Origin: Hypanus sabinus
Lineage: Eukaryota
Direction: 5' to 3'
DNA length: 64,000 bases
Assembly (NCBI RefSeq): GCF_030144855.1
Contig: NC_082727.1
Location: forward strand, 42,098,001-42,162,000
Of the stretch, positions 38,948 through 51,930 are shown in pieces (position 1 is the first letter of the stretch; every line of letters begins with the position of its first letter). The notes beneath the pieces were generated by a model, which was not told where the DNA came from, did not search any database, and was given only the letters and a program-made list of their open reading frames with translations. Made by a program: the position numbers and the translations under genes.

Positions 38948-39430
38948 ATTTGAATTTAAATTTAAATTTGAATTTGAATTTATTTAAAAGTTGCATCCAT
39001 CCCACAATGTGAGGGAGTAAAAATCTTTGCGTTATGACTCCGTCACAGTCTACAGATATATGAATTTATAAGTCTTATGGCTTGTAGAAAGAAGCTGTCC
39101 TATAGACTGTTGGTCCTGGCCTTAATGCTGTGTTACTGTTTGCCAGATGGAAGCAGCTGAAACAGTTTACGGTTGGGGTGACTGGTGTCCCCAATGATCT
39201 TCTAGGCCTTCTTTACACACTTGCTGCCGTAAATGCCCTCAATGGAGGGAAGTTCACATCCACAGGTGTGCTGGGCTGTCTGTACCACTCTCTGCAGTGC
39301 CCAGCGATCGAGGTTGGTGCAGTTCCCATACCAGGCAGTGATACAGTCAGTCAGGATGCTCTCGATGGTGCCCCTGTAGAAGTTCTTGAAGATTTGGGGG
39401 TTCATGCCGAACTTCTTTAGTGGCCACTGG
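38948..39430 (-). mobile_element. Rex1/Babar LINE 3' fragment
   Basis: Minus-strand ORF KKFGMNPQIFKNFYRGTIESILTDCITAWYGNCTNLDRWALQRVV, with a (ttgaat)n tail at ~38950-38980. Confidence 0.88.
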
Positions 39431-40089
39431 TGTTGTAGCGACGAGAAGGATAAGTGAACCACAGCTAACTCAAGCAAAATCAACACAACATCACTGTAAG
39501 ACAGTGTAACTAGTTGGAAAGTATCTAACTGTGCCTTCAAAATCCCTGAGCCAGAACCCCTGTAGTTATCATCACCTCCAGTCATATCCTATCCATGTGA
39601 GGCACATAACTTGTGTTTGGCAGATGTATTCTCTTAACTATGTGGCAACATCTTTGGCATCACAGAGACACAAGATCTGGCAAGTGCTGGAACCTGGAGC
39701 AAAAAGCATCTACTGAAGAAGCTCAGTGGACTGAACACCAGTTGGGGGGGGGGAATATCTTTGACGTCCACTTTCTTTATACAGCTAGAAAACCTGATAA
39801 CTGCTTGTCACTGTTGGAGAGAATGATTTCAGCCCTCAACCATGCCTTTGCCAACCTCACAGGCCATCTTGGGGCATTTTCCTATGCAGCTGCAGGAAAT
39901 GAAGTAGTTGTCTTTTCACCTCATCCATTCCTAACATGCAGGGAGACAAGCTGCCTTTTTAAGTGAATCAGCAAATGATTTGAATTTCTTCCAGTCTTGA
40001 TTACTGCATCTGGTGTTCACAAATAGAGAAAAAAATCACAAATTGGGTGATCTCCTTTGGAGCACATGCTGTCTGTTTGTAGAATGACA

Positions 40090-41710
40090 CCGTGATTCCA
40101 ATTTCCTGCTTCTGTAATTCTGCAAACCACTTTCACCACCCTCTCTCTCTTCCCATCTGGAAAATGGGGTCTCATAGCCAGGCTGCTATTTATAGGCTTC
40201 AGTTCAGTGGTTAACACCATCATACCCCAGAAAATAGTGGGGAAACTGTTCTCACTGAGTGTTAACACCTCCATCTATAACTGGAATTTGAGCTTCTTAA
40301 CGGAAAGGCCACAGTCAGACCTTGTGGGCAGCGACATCTTTAGTCTTGTCATGCTGAGCACTGGTGCTCCCCAAGGCTGTGTGCTCAGCCTGTGACTGTT
40401 CACACTGCTGACGCATGATTGAGTCACAGGTTTCAGCTCAATCTGCGTCATCAAGTTTGCAGATGAGGCAACAGCGGTTGGCGCCATCAACAACAAAGAT
40501 GAGTCGGAGTACAGAGAGGAAGTGGAACGGCTGGCAGACTGATCTGAGAACAGCCTATGTCTGAACGTGGAGAAGACCAAGGAAATCATTGTGGACTTCA
40601 GGAAGGTGCAGATGAACCTTCCCCCTCTGTGAATACATGTCTCCTCCGGAGAGAGAGTTAAGTGCATCAGATTCCTGGGAGTTCACATCACACCTCACCT
40701 GGTCCCCCAAAGTTGCCTCACTAAATAAGAAGGCACAGCAGAGCCTCCACTTCCTAAGGAGATAGAGGCAAGTGTGACACCCCCCACCATCTTAACTGAA
40801 TTTTACAAGAGCAGCATTGAGAGTGTTATGAGAAGCTACATCTCCATCTGATAAGGGAGTAGCCGAGCATTGGACCAGAAGTCCTGACAAAGGACTGTGA
40901 GAATGACAGAGAGGATCATTGGGGTTTCCTTACCATCCATCAGGGACATTTATCAGGAACGCCACATACACAGATTATGAAGGATCCCATCCATCCATCC
41001 TGAATCCTCTTTGTCTTTCTACTATCAGGTAGGAGACTCCAATGCATAAAAACAAGAGCATTCAGTGTGGGAAACAGTTTCTTCCCTCAGGCCATTAGGC
41101 TTCTGAACTCCCAGGTCAGATTGAAAAGGTCAGGGTGTCGGAGCCAGAGGAGAGGCTTCTAATCTCTGCCCCATGAGTTCTCCTCAACTCTGCACTGAAC
41201 TTCAGCTCATTACTCCGCGAGGTTTACTCATCTCTGCACCGAACTGTGGCTGTGGCCTGCGATTATCACAGTGTGGACTCACTTTCAAGTTCTGAATGCT
41301 GTTGTTCGCACATTTTTTTTGTCTCTGTACATTGGATGTATGATGGTCTTTTGTTTTAATGCGTTCTGTTAGGTTTCTTTATTTAGTAGCTACCTGTGAG
41401 AAGATGAATCTCAAAGTTCCATAAAGTACATATATTTTGGTAATACCAGCACTTTGACTTGACCCTGCCGCATCGCATTCAAGGTGTCACCAGTTAATCT
41501 GTTCTATACCTGACAATATTTAAGTTAAGCACTTTACAAATTCACACTTTACAACTACACATTTGTGTGTAATTCATCTGTAGATTTCATCCTTACTTTT
41601 CTAGTTACTGTGTGTTATATGTGTGTTATGTACTGTATACTACTGAGCTTTACACCCTGAATCAGGGAAATATTATCTCATTTGACAGTATTATTAAATG
41701 ACAATAAACT
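40090..41710 (+). mobile_element. Rex1/Babar LINE (RT to 3' UTR) with a ~340-bp Rex-tailed insert at ~41113-41460
   Basis: Peptides NTIIPQ, STGAPQGCVLS, IKFADEATAVG and LNVEKTKEIIVDFRK. The 3' UTR is interrupted between ctgaactccc and cctgccgcatc. Confidence 0.85.
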
Positions 41711-41814
41711 TGACTATAGCTTTCTGAGCTATTATAATGAGGCCTCATGCAAGCATCTTCCATTAGGACATGATTTGTATGATACTAATCATTAGACTCT
41801 AATTTTATGCTTAT

Positions 41815-42125
41815 TCCATTTTATTCTCCCCGCATTCCCATCAACTGCCCCGAGCTTCTGCCTTTCAGTGAAGGCAGTTTATAATGGCTGGTTAACTTAC
41901 AAATGTGCACATCTCTAGGTCGTAGATTGAACTGGAGTACCAGGAAGAAAACAACACCAAAGTTCAAAAGTTCCAAGTATATTTATTATTAACCAATGTA
42001 CTGTATACTACCTACAACCTTGAAATTTATCTTGAGATTCAGATTATAGGAGTACATGCCAACTCCATACAAATGACACCTGAGGTCAGGCTTGAACCAT
42101 GGTTACTGGAGCTATGAAATAGCAG
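41815..42125 (-). mobile_element. Degenerate tRNA-derived SINE with an internal insert
   Basis: Similar to the SINEs at 35705 and 63235 (aactggagtaccaggaag, ggcttgaaccatggttactggagct). Confidence 0.5.
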
Positions 42126-42611
42126 GTCATGAAAATCATAATATAAGGCAGGCCAAAAATATCTACAGAAATGTTGCCCTTCTGCGATTTCCTTCTGGTC
42201 TCTTAAGGAAGCAGTTATGACTTCCATGGATTCATGGGGAGTTGGATACTCTCTGTACTTTTTTCCTCATTACTCTAGATATAATCAGAGTGAATAAACT
42301 TGACAAACGTTCAAAACACTCCTTCAGTAATGAAATATTTTAAGTACTGCAGAACACAGAAATATAGAGAAAATAATTAATAAAACGTAAGGAGATGTAA
42401 GCCTTTCAGTCAGTGACAAACATAGAAGTAAATTTGAAAAATGAACGTAGCTGGTGAAAAGTAAGACAGTTCAGATTTTGGAAATGCTGAGAGAAGGGTA
42501 ATTTAGGGAGTAAACAATACTGGCAGCAAACTTCACAGGCACCCAGTGCACAATCTATTGTCCTTTATTTTAGAAATTGTACAGGGCTGTGTTCATTATT
42601 CATGATAATTT

Positions 42612-42745
42612 GAGTCCCGAAGGGCCTTGGCCCAAAATGCTGACTGCATATTCATTTCCATAGATGCTGCCTGAACTGCAGAGTTCCTCCAGTATTTGTG
42701 AGTGTTGCTCCGGATTGCCAGCATTGGCAGAATTTCTCTTGTTTG
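42612..42745 (+). mobile_element. Penelope pseudo-LTR with a degenerate hammerhead motif
   Basis: gagtc-CCGA-agggccttggccc-AAAAT-GCT-gactg, followed by catttccatagatgctgcctgaactgcagagttcctccag. Confidence 0.75.
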
Positions 42746-44539
42746 CAGTAATTTTAATGCTTTTCTGTTTATAGTCTTGACAGAGTGAACGGATAGACAG
42801 ATATTTGTCCCCTTCCTCAGTTTCCCAGCAGATGTTAGGAATACAGTATGACACCTGGCAAACTGCAACTGATGTGAGTCCAAGTCATTATTAGTTTTGT
42901 GTCAGTGGATCAGTGTCTATGTCCGTGATGTGGTTGAGCTGATGTATCAACTTGACCATTTAACCCATTGAAATTGACATCTCCCAAGGGGTTTACCCTA
43001 TAACAGACTCAGACATTGGATTTTAATTCTAAAGTGTTTGAGGACAAATGTTTGTAGAGTTTTGACATCAATTACCATATGAAGATATTCTGCCATGTGA
43101 GGTTAGTATCTTCATTGCATACCTCATTCTATTGCTGAAATTTTAAAAAAAATCCTTCTGACTGCACGTTATGAAGCTGAGTTTAAAGATGACATTTTCA
43201 AAGTATTTGAGGTAGACAATGACATATATCCATATGCAAGGCCACCTATCACATACACAGAGTAAACAACATTGTTTGTTTCTTTGTCCAGTGCAAAATT
43301 AAAACTCTAAAGTAGTAAGTGATTAATGTCAACAGGAAAGAAAAATTACATTCAGGAATTGTAGGTAATTACCTTCAAACCTTTTGGGAAATCTAGCACC
43401 TTTGAAATGGTGTTAGACAATGTCTGTTATGGGGAAATTATTACAAAATATTGACAATGAAATGGAAGGTTAAAGAACCATTTCTCATGGATTGTAGCCC
43501 TATAAGCCTACAGTGTAACAGATTGGTGACTTCAGTAAGTGATTACAACGAAGTGTAGAAAAATGCTAATGTATTTATTGGCAAAGTGTCAACTGATACT
43601 TTCTCCTTTCTTATTAAAGTTATTGATCATAAATGACAATTTGACAAACAGGATGCACATGAAAACTGTGGATCAGATTTTCAGCTCTTTTTTGCTAAGC
43701 AGAGAAAATGATAATGTTTCAAGCTACAAATATAATTATCTCTAGCTCTGAGTGAAGAGATTATGACTTTGAGAAGCTGGTATGACTAAATGTTGGAGCA
43801 AAGTGACAGGAAGAGAGACCTTGCTGCATTTTTTAAGATTGATTGAAGGATAATGGGCTGAATTTTAATGTTTAGAAGTTTGGGAGACTTTGAGAAGGGT
43901 TAATATCCATGAAATTGACAACATCAGAAAGCTGATCCCAAATTGCTGACCTCCACAGTTAACTGTAGCAAATTGGGTTGCTTTCATGTAACCAATTGGG
44001 AGAGGGCGGATGTCAACTTTAATAGGTTAATTGGTCAACTATGAAGAAAATTATCATGGTTTTGCAATTTACGGGGTAGGTTCTTGGTCTGTTGAAGTTT
44101 TCCTAAAATTCACCTGTGCAGCAACGTGTGAAAACTGCAGCTATTAAGAAGGCATGCATCCATACATCCATTGAAAGGATTTGTTCGCATTTCTTGAAGT
44201 TATTTGATAATTTTGCAATTCTGGAGAATTGTATTAATAATCTTTGCAATAGTACTCTGATATATCAAATCAAGCGTTCTGGCATTATTTTGCATAGAAC
44301 TCTGATGTGGCATGATATCAGATGAAAACCAAGATGACCAACAATGTTAGCAGCAGCAAAACCACCAAGCAAGTGTATGAGACACAGGAATCACTCCCAG
44401 TCTCACAGATCCACAGCAGACAAAAGAGCAGCAGTGAAATATTGCTCTTTTGAAGCCTACAGGCAGAAGAAAAGTTCCTCTAAGTCAGGCAATATGTGTA
44501 CAGCATGGGATGGCCTTTAATTCATCAAGCCTAAAAGTC

Positions 44540-45005
44540 TGATCAACTTTGTAAGGCATGACTTGCCTTGCACAAGGCCATGCTGATTGTACCTAAGCAG
44601 GCAATGCCTCCCTAAATGTGCATAAATGCCCTCGGTATCCTCCCCTGTAGCTTCCCTACCACTGACAAGAGGCTCACGTGATCAGAATTACCTGGATTAT
44701 CCCTATTTTCTTTCTTGAACGACACAATATTTGCTGCACTCCAGCCCCCCCTACCTATTACAGTAACAACCAATTCCAGCCCAATGAACTTGTCCTGCCA
44801 AATTACACTACATGTGACCAACTACTCTACTAACCTGTTACGTCTTTGGAATGTGGAAAGAAACTGAAGCACCTGAGGAAACCTTCGTAGCCATGGGGAG
44901 TGTATGCAAACTCCTTACAGACTGCGTCAGGAATTGAACCTGTGTCGCTGGTGCTGCAAAGGCATTATGCTAATCATTATGCTATCATGCTGCCGCCAAG
45001 TGGCA
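44540..45005 (-). mobile_element. CR1 fragment (44540-44800) followed by a tRNA-derived SINE (44800-45005)
   Basis: Minus-strand peptide FKKENRDNPGNSDHVSLLSVVGKL. The SINE B-box is the reverse complement of ggaattgaacc at ~44930-44940. Confidence 0.7.
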
Positions 45006-45217
45006 TTAAAGAGATTCCTAAAGCATTTTTATACCTGCATTAAAAACATAAGGGTAACCAATCAAAGATTAGGGCCATTAATGGACAAAGGAGGGAGTTA
45101 ATGTCTGGAGCCTACGGAAGTGGGTGAGGTACTCAGTGAATATTTTCCATTGGTATTCACAAGGAGCAGTTCATGGAGGAGAGTGAGATCAGGGAGAGGT
45201 TTGCTGATACTCTAGGC

Positions 45218-46905
45218 CGGGGGTTGGCAACCCGCAGCTCCGAAGCCGCATGCGCCTCTTTCATCTCTGTGCTGCGGCTCCCTGTGGCTTTGGAAAATTT
45301 GTGGTTTTACTGCAGAAGTCGCTGGACAGAAAGCTGCTGACTTTTCACTGCATCTTGCACCAAGAGGCACTGTGCACTCAAACATTTCCTCCGGAATGCA
45401 CAGAAGTAATGGATGTTGTCATTCAGATTGTCAATAAAATAATGGCAAAAATTTTAAATCACCGTCAATTCCGTTTGTTACTGGACGAGCTGGAAAGCGC
45501 ATATTCTGATCTCCTGCTGCACAACAAAGTCCGGTGGCTGTCCAGAGGGGAGGTGCTGAAACGCTTTGTCACGTGTCTGGAAGAAGTGAAAACTTTCCTG
45601 GGCAGCAAAGGGCTCACCTTTCCTGAGCTGGAACAGCCAGAGTGGCTGGAAAAGCTACACTTCATGGTAGACATGACAGCGCACCTGAACATGCTGAACA
45701 CAGCTCTTCAGGGGAAAGGACGTACAGCCCTACACATGTTGGAGGATGTTTTGGCATTCGAGCGCAAGTTGACAGTGCTTGCCAGAGATTTACAGAAAGG
45801 CACATTGTCTTACTTCCCCAATTTGAGAGAGTTCAAACAAGGTCATGACATGATTAGTTCAGAGTATTTACATTCTGCAATCATCGCAATGCAAACATCA
45901 TTTGGGAAACGCTTCTGTGAGTTCAGAGAGGGAAAACACTCATTATCCTTCCCGGTCACTCCCCTAAGCATCGATCCATCCTTACTGAATACGACTGCAT
46001 TGGCAGGTGTGAGTCAACCTGATCTTGAGATGGAACTGGCCGACATAGCCGACAAAGACATATGGGTGTCCAAGTTTAGACACTTGACAGCAGACCTTGA
46101 AGATGTTGCCCGTCAGAAGGCCATTCTTGCTCAGAATCACAAATGGAGTGATATTGAAAACCTTCCAAAACCAGACAAACTTGTGTTCGAAACATGGAAT
46201 GCTATCCCCGACATTTATGTAAACATTAAAAAGTATGCGCTTGGAGTCCTGTCGATCTTTGGATCCACATATGTATGTGAGCAGGTGTTCTCCAACATGA
46301 ACTTTATTAAAAACAAACATCGCGCACGCCTCACAGATGACGGCTTGCGATCCTGTGTAAAGATGAAGGTGACGTCATACAGCCCTGATGTGCAGATGCT
46401 GTGCGCTGAGGTCCAGGAGCAGAAATCCCATTAACCAAGTATGATAAATATTTTAATTGCCTATTATTTTATGTATATTCATATTTTTTCATTGTTCAGT
46501 GAAATAGTCCTTTTATTTTTCAGGTTGACAGCTGGCTGACGTTATTTTTGGTTTGCTGCTGGCGGAAAATTTAAGTTCAGCGTTTTTCATAAATACAAGA
46601 AGGACTCAAATAGACATTGAGTATTTTACTTAAAAGTAACCTTCAACCCAACGTCTTTTTTTCGGAGTTCAAAATGTTTTTGTTGCATGCAGAAATGTAA
46701 TTTCGTTTTCTCTGCAGGAGTTCATCGATTTCATAAATGCAACACATTATAGTTTGTTTATAGATAGCATAAAAGCTAAAAAAAATGTTGTATGCAGTGT
46801 TATTTCATTTTAAATGTCAAACGGGTTTTGCGGCTCCCAGTGTTTTCTTTTCTGTGGGAAACGGGTCCAAATGGCTCTTTCAGTGGTAAAGGTTGCTGAC
46901 CCCTG
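45218..46905 (+). mobile_element. hAT DNA transposon (Charlie/Buster-type), internally deleted
   Basis: 15-bp TIRs (cgggggttggcaacc versus the reverse complement caggggtcagcaacc, 12/15 match), a perfect 8-bp TSD CTCTAGGC (45210-45217 and 46906-46913), and subterminal gcggctc motifs. Confidence 0.95.
45250..46434 (+). CDS. N-terminally truncated hAT transposase ORF (394 aa; GTF2IRD2/EPM2AIP1-like family)
   Basis: Uninterrupted ORF with HCILHQEAL (CxxH), VRWLSRG and the C-terminal dimerization region SIFGSTYVCEQVFS. The BED finger and the first two catalytic Asp regions are absent. Confidence 0.85.
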   Translation: MRLFHLCAAAPCGFGKFVVLLQKSLDRKLLTFHCILHQEALCTQTFPPECTEVMDVVIQIVNKIMAKILNHRQFRLLLDELESAYSDLLLHNKVRWLSRGEVLKRFVTCLEEVKTFLGSKGLTFPELEQPEWLEKLHFMVDMTAHLNMLNTALQGKGRTALHMLEDVLAFERKLTVLARDLQKGTLSYFPNLREFKQGHDMISSEYLHSAIIAMQTSFGKRFCEFREGKHSLSFPVTPLSIDPSLLNTTALAGVSQPDLEMELADIADKDIWVSKFRHLTADLEDVARQKAILAQNHKWSDIENLPKPDKLVFETWNAIPDIYVNIKKYALGVLSIFGSTYVCEQVFSNMNFIKNKHRARLTDDGLRSCVKMKVTSYSPDVQMLCAEVQEQKSH

Positions 46906-47720
46906 CTCTAGGCCATGTTGTTATTGAAAAGGCAGAGACGTTAGATTATTGAAGAGCATTAGGGCTTGACGGGATCTATCCCAGACTATTGAAAGAGACA
47001 TGAGAGGAGATCACTTTGACAGGGATCTTTGTATCCTCTTTAGTCATAGGCTAAATCACAGAGAACTGGATAATAGCCAATGTTGTTCCACTTTTTAAGA
47101 AGAGCAATGGAGACAGACCAGGAACTTATAGGTTATCGAGTCTTAAATCAGTGGTAGGGAAATTATTTGAATAAGATTCTTAGGGATAATAAATACTTGT
47201 GACTGGTAACGTGTAGACTTATTTGGGATAATCAGTATGGGGGAGGTCATGGCTTGTAAATCTGATTGAATTTTTTGAGGAGGTGAGAGTAGCTGATTGA
47301 TGTAGGCCAATAGATGTATACACAGACAAGATTCTTCATGGAAGGCTGATGCAGGATTAAGGCAAATGCGACTTTGTGACTGGTTTCAAATTGGCTTGGC
47401 CTTAGAAGACAGAAGATAAGAGTGGACAGGTATTATTCTGACTGGAGATCAGTGTTGAGACAGTGTTGATATTTGTGAAAAATATCGGTGAGCTGATTAG
47501 TAAGTTTACAGATGACACAAAAGTAGACAGAGTTGTGGATTTTGAGTAAGTTTATCAAAGGGTTCAGTAGGATATAGACCAGTTGATAGAACTTCTCCTC
47601 AGAATCAGAATGAGGTTTAGTATCACCGGTTTATGTCATGAAATTTGTTGTTGTGCAGCTGCAGTACATTGTAATACATAATAATAAAAACTGTGAATTA
47701 CAGTAAGAAGTGTATGTATA

Positions 47721-47782
47721 GTGTATATATATGTGTGTGTGTGTGTGTGTCTCTCCCTCTCTCTCTATATATATATGTATAT
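47721..47782. repeat. Compound microsatellite (TA)n(TG)n(TC)n(TA)n next to a minus-strand Rex 3' tail (47598-47720)
   Basis: Read directly from the sequence. Confidence 0.9.
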
Positions 47783-48069
47783 CTGGCACGACGTTTTCAT
47801 CCTTCAGCACCGACCTACCCACCACTGCTCTCTCTCCATGGTCCAGTAAGCAGCAGGTTAGGGGCCGTCTTTTGCCAGACGACAATGTACAGGGGTTAGA
47901 CTTGCAGGAATAACAGGAAAAGAGCACAGAGCCTCTTCGAGCAATTCCGAGGACGAGGGAGAGAAAAGTGATATGATCAATGCACCAACAGCAGTGCATT
48001 GGCTAGGATACCCGGGTTGGACTCATTAACCCGAAGGCTAAATATCACAGCTATTGGTAATATGACATG

Positions 48070-48620
48070 AAAATAGAAAAAAATGCTGGGAATACTCAGC
48101 AGGATTAGTTGCATCTTTGGAAATATGTTACTTTCTGTGTTAATGACTTGAAAAGTCAGTGAAAATCAGTAATGAAACAGGTTTTAAGTTGTAGAGGAAG
48201 TAGGGAGGAGCAATAAGAGCAAAAGGGAAGTGTTGTGTTAGGGGATAACCTGGAAATAATGTATGAAGAAGGATGGTAAAGGTCCTGTAAATCTGGAAGT
48301 GGTGTACGTAGTATAGGATGAATGAAATCTTAATGACCAGAAAAGGAGAATAAGAGAAACCTGAAACATTTGAGATAGAAGTTAGAATGACTGATTACCT
48401 GAAATCATTGCCTTCAGTGTTAAGCCCTGAAAGCTGTAATGTGTCAAGTCCAAAGGTAGAATGTCCATTGAGGTTATGAGGCAGAGTTTTAGGATTAAAT
48501 TCAAGATGTAGCTGAGTGGTTGTGGCAGGCAAACAGATGAGAATAAGAGCATGTGTATAGACAGAAACAATTGTGCATGTTTCTGCAAGCTAGAGTGAGC
48601 AGTGAGATCCTAGACTGGGA
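48070..48620 (-). mobile_element. Old, highly diverged Penelope-like fragment
   Basis: aaaatgctgggaatactcagcagg terminus. ccttcagtgttaagccctgaaagctgtaatgtg resembles the reverse complement of the LQPxGLN C-terminus. Confidence 0.45.
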
Positions 48621-49329
48621 CTTAGGGGGATAGATTGAGTGGGTTGGGACAAGAGGACAGACACTTCAAGCATAAAATTAAAACTCATTCTAGGTTTGAA
48701 CCAACCACATCCATCTAACTCTGATCTCAATTGAAGGATTTTGATTTACTTTGCTACCCAAACTGCTCAAATCATTCCAGAGTGGGATTGAGAAACCAGG
48801 CTCTAAACAAAAAACTGTAAATTGTGTGCTAATGTATGAAGAATCGGCCTGGTGCAGTCTAAGCAGCATCTGTCAGTTTAGATGGGTCCCATTCAGCTGA
48901 GATCAGGTTTGCAGGCTTTAGTCAGAGTGTTACACACATCAGAATGTAGGTGAATGTGTCAATGCTTTTGCCTTTCTTGCTGTGTCTAATCCATTAAAGC
49001 TCACCCAGTATTGAATCAACAAAGTGGCTTACTAAGCTCCTGTTGCTGACTTTATGAGAAACTTCCAGCCACATCTTAGTTATTTTACTGTCAGTGGGAT
49101 AACCTCCTCCGTGAGGGCCTTTGCAGCCCACATATCTAAAAGGCACTGCTAAAATATAATAGCTTTGTCACACTGTATTCACCCAGCCAATTTGTTGAAT
49201 CAGGTGCTCATGATACAAAGTCCATTAAATTGCATACATGGAGATTCTCTACCTATGCTAATTTACCAGGAAACAAAGAAATAATATACTAAGTTTTAGG
49301 CTGGCTTAAGAGCCATTGGTAGATATACT

Positions 49330-50190
49330 TCAGAATTAGAACCAGGTTTCATAGCATTGACATGTCATGTAATTAATTGTTTTGTGGCAACTCTACAGTA
49401 CTATATGTAAAAAACTATAAAATTACAATAATAAATATATTAAAAAATAAATTAAATAGGTGGTGCAAAAAGGGAGCAAAAGTAGTGAGGTGGTGCTCAT
49501 GGGTTGGTTCATTGTCTGATGGTGGAGGCAAAGAAGCAGTCCTTGAAACATTGACTGTGTGTCCTCAGGCTCCAGCCTCCTGTCGGATGGTAGTAATAAG
49601 ACAAGAGCACGTCCTGAGTGATGGGGTCCTTAATGATGGATGCTGACTTTTTGAAGCACTGCCTTTTGAAAGTGCCCTCAATGCTGGGAAGGCTAGTGCT
49701 CACATTGGAGCTGGCTGAGTTTGCAACGCTCGGCAGTTTGTTCCAGTCCTGTGCAGGACATACCAGAAAGTGATGCAACCAGTCAGAATACTCTCCATGG
49801 TATATCTGCAGAAATGTGATAGTCTTTGCGACGTTCCAAATCTCCTTAAACTCCTAATGAAGTATAGCAGCAGTTGTGCCTTCTTTGTAATTGATTTGAT
49901 ATGTTGTGCCCAGGATAGATCTTCAGATCTTCATGTTGACACCAAGCAACTTGAAACTGCTCACCCTTTCCATGGCTGACCACTCGATGAGGACTGGTGT
50001 GAGTTCCCTTGACTTCCTCTTCCTGAAGTTCCTGAAGAATCAATTACATGGTCTTACTGATGTTGAGTGCAAGGTTGTTGTTGCAACACCACTTAACTGG
50101 CAGATCTATTTCACTCTGGTATGCCTCTTGATCACTATCTGATATTCTCCCAACAACAGTTGCATTATTCGCAAATTTATCGATTTTTCA
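49330..50190 (-). mobile_element. Rex1/Babar LINE 3' fragment
   Basis: Minus-strand peptide LPSIEGTFKRQCFKKSASIIKDP. The RT-end motif ggtgttgcaacaacaacc is at ~50075-50095. Confidence 0.85.
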
Positions 50191-51439
50191 TTATAGATTG
50201 ATGCTTTTCAACATGCTAGACAATGCTAATGGATACCTCCATCCCTGTTTTTTTTTGCTATATATTTTTAGATTCTTGCTGCACCAAACTGGAAGAATGA
50301 AGAAGTTTTTCCCTAGTGAGAAAGAAAGACGATCTTTCATTATCTCCCTTCATAGAAGAATTAAAACTCCTGCAGCTTTCTTTCATTAAGTCTTTTGTTT
50401 TTCATCAGTATACTCTGAGGAAGCGGTGCTATAAAAGAATTATATGCATCAGTGTAGAGAATAAAACAGGGTTCCATATAAACTTCATGGATCTCTTTTA
50501 GATCAGGACAACATACGGAATATGAGTTGACTTTGCTCATTATTAGTGATAAATCTGTAGTTCAATACATTCAGCAATTTTAAAACATTGTACTGCTTGG
50601 GAAACTATAGAATTATTCCACAGTAAGGACGAACTCATAATCTATGTGTGACACATTAGCAAATCATTAAGGTCTTGTTGACTTTTGGAATTAAGTCCAA
50701 ATGCAATAGAATAGCATAGAGCATATTACTTACTCGTACTTAAGGAAAATATTCCATTTAAATAGCAATAGTGGCAAGATACATTGACTATCAGTGTGCT
50801 TTCTCATGTAATGTTGAAATGCAGTCTTGCTCTGTAATTCATTATTTGGTAAATTCTGGATTCTGCACTGCCATCTGGCAAGTTCCAAGCACAAGCAAAG
50901 ATCTTCCCCAAGGGATCGGGGGGAAATTAGAAGGTGAATCACCTCTAGTGTTGCTCTTGCACTACCTGTTAACCAGTTAATTGGTGCCAGAAATCTGGCA
51001 AACTGCCCACCTGTCCTTGCCTACAGAGTAGGAAGACAAAGTATGAGACGAAATGCAGTTAGTGTGAGTTAAATATTTTATTCTTACGTGTACTTATATG
51101 AAAGTTACGGTGGGTACGTTGATCCATAACGAGTAAATAATGTGACTTGTGTGTGGTGCCTTTTCCCTACTGATGGATGAAGGAGGTCATGAAATAAAAA
51201 CAATGGTGGTTGGAGCTCAGCAGTGGATTGAGCAGTAGGAACACATTCGTCATTTTGTGATTTAACACCAGATGCATGGAAAAGCTAAGTTCAGTGGCAC
51301 ATTCATTTATAACCTGATCTATGTATATAACATCAAGTTATAAATGATTATAAAGACCCATCTCTCCCAATCTGCCTTCTAAACTGTAATTTAGCAAAAC
51401 ATCCCTCCTCCAAGTTACTCAACAGGGATAACAACTGTC

Positions 51440-51930
51440 TGTGCACGTTCTCACATTTCCACCTGTCCATTCACCCATACTGTTATACAGAATCGCACCT
51501 CTCCTCATGGTCATCTTCAACAACCTTTCTGCAAAGGGATTCTTCTGCATATCTCCAGCACAGAGTTTAATTAACTCTGAACTTTTACCTTTTCTCACTT
51601 GCCTATCACTTCCCCCTTGATCCCTTCCTCCCTCTCTTTCTCCAATGGCCAATCTTTTCTCCTATCATATTCCTTCTTCTCCAGCCCTTGACCGTCCTCT
51701 CCCATCTGGTTTCACCTATTACCATCTAGCTAGCCTCCTTCCCCTTCCCCCACCATTTTATTCTGGCATCTTCTCCCTTCCTTATCAGTCCTGAAGAAGG
51801 GTCTCAGCCTAAAACATAAACTGTTTATTAATTTCCAGAGATGCAGCCTGACCTGCTAAGTTCCTCCAGTATTTTGTCTGAGTTGCTTTAGAGTTCCAGC
51901 ATCTGCAGACTCTCTTGTGTTTATGCTTTA
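51440..51930 (+). mobile_element. Penelope-like element 3' end with pseudo-LTR and degenerate hammerhead motif
   Basis: A CT-rich 3' region like 58520-58800 is followed by cagtc-CTGAAGA-agggtctcagcct-AAAAC-ATA-aactg (51786-51823) and the terminal ttccagcatctgcagactctcttgtgttt. Confidence 0.8.

Larger units (their letters stand above)
45010..47590 (+). mobile_element. CR1-type LINE fragment split by the hAT insertion
   Basis: The left arm (KNIRVTNQRLGPLMDKGG) and the right arm (ccaatgttgttccactttttaagaagagc...) are joined through the CTCTAGGC duplication. Confidence 0.8.

Noticed and set aside
45250-46434. 394-aa ORF as a domesticated host gene (GTF2IRD2/EPM2AIP1/ZBED)
   Set aside because: It is flanked by TIRs and a perfect 8-bp TSD and interrupts a CR1 copy, so it is a transposon insertion.
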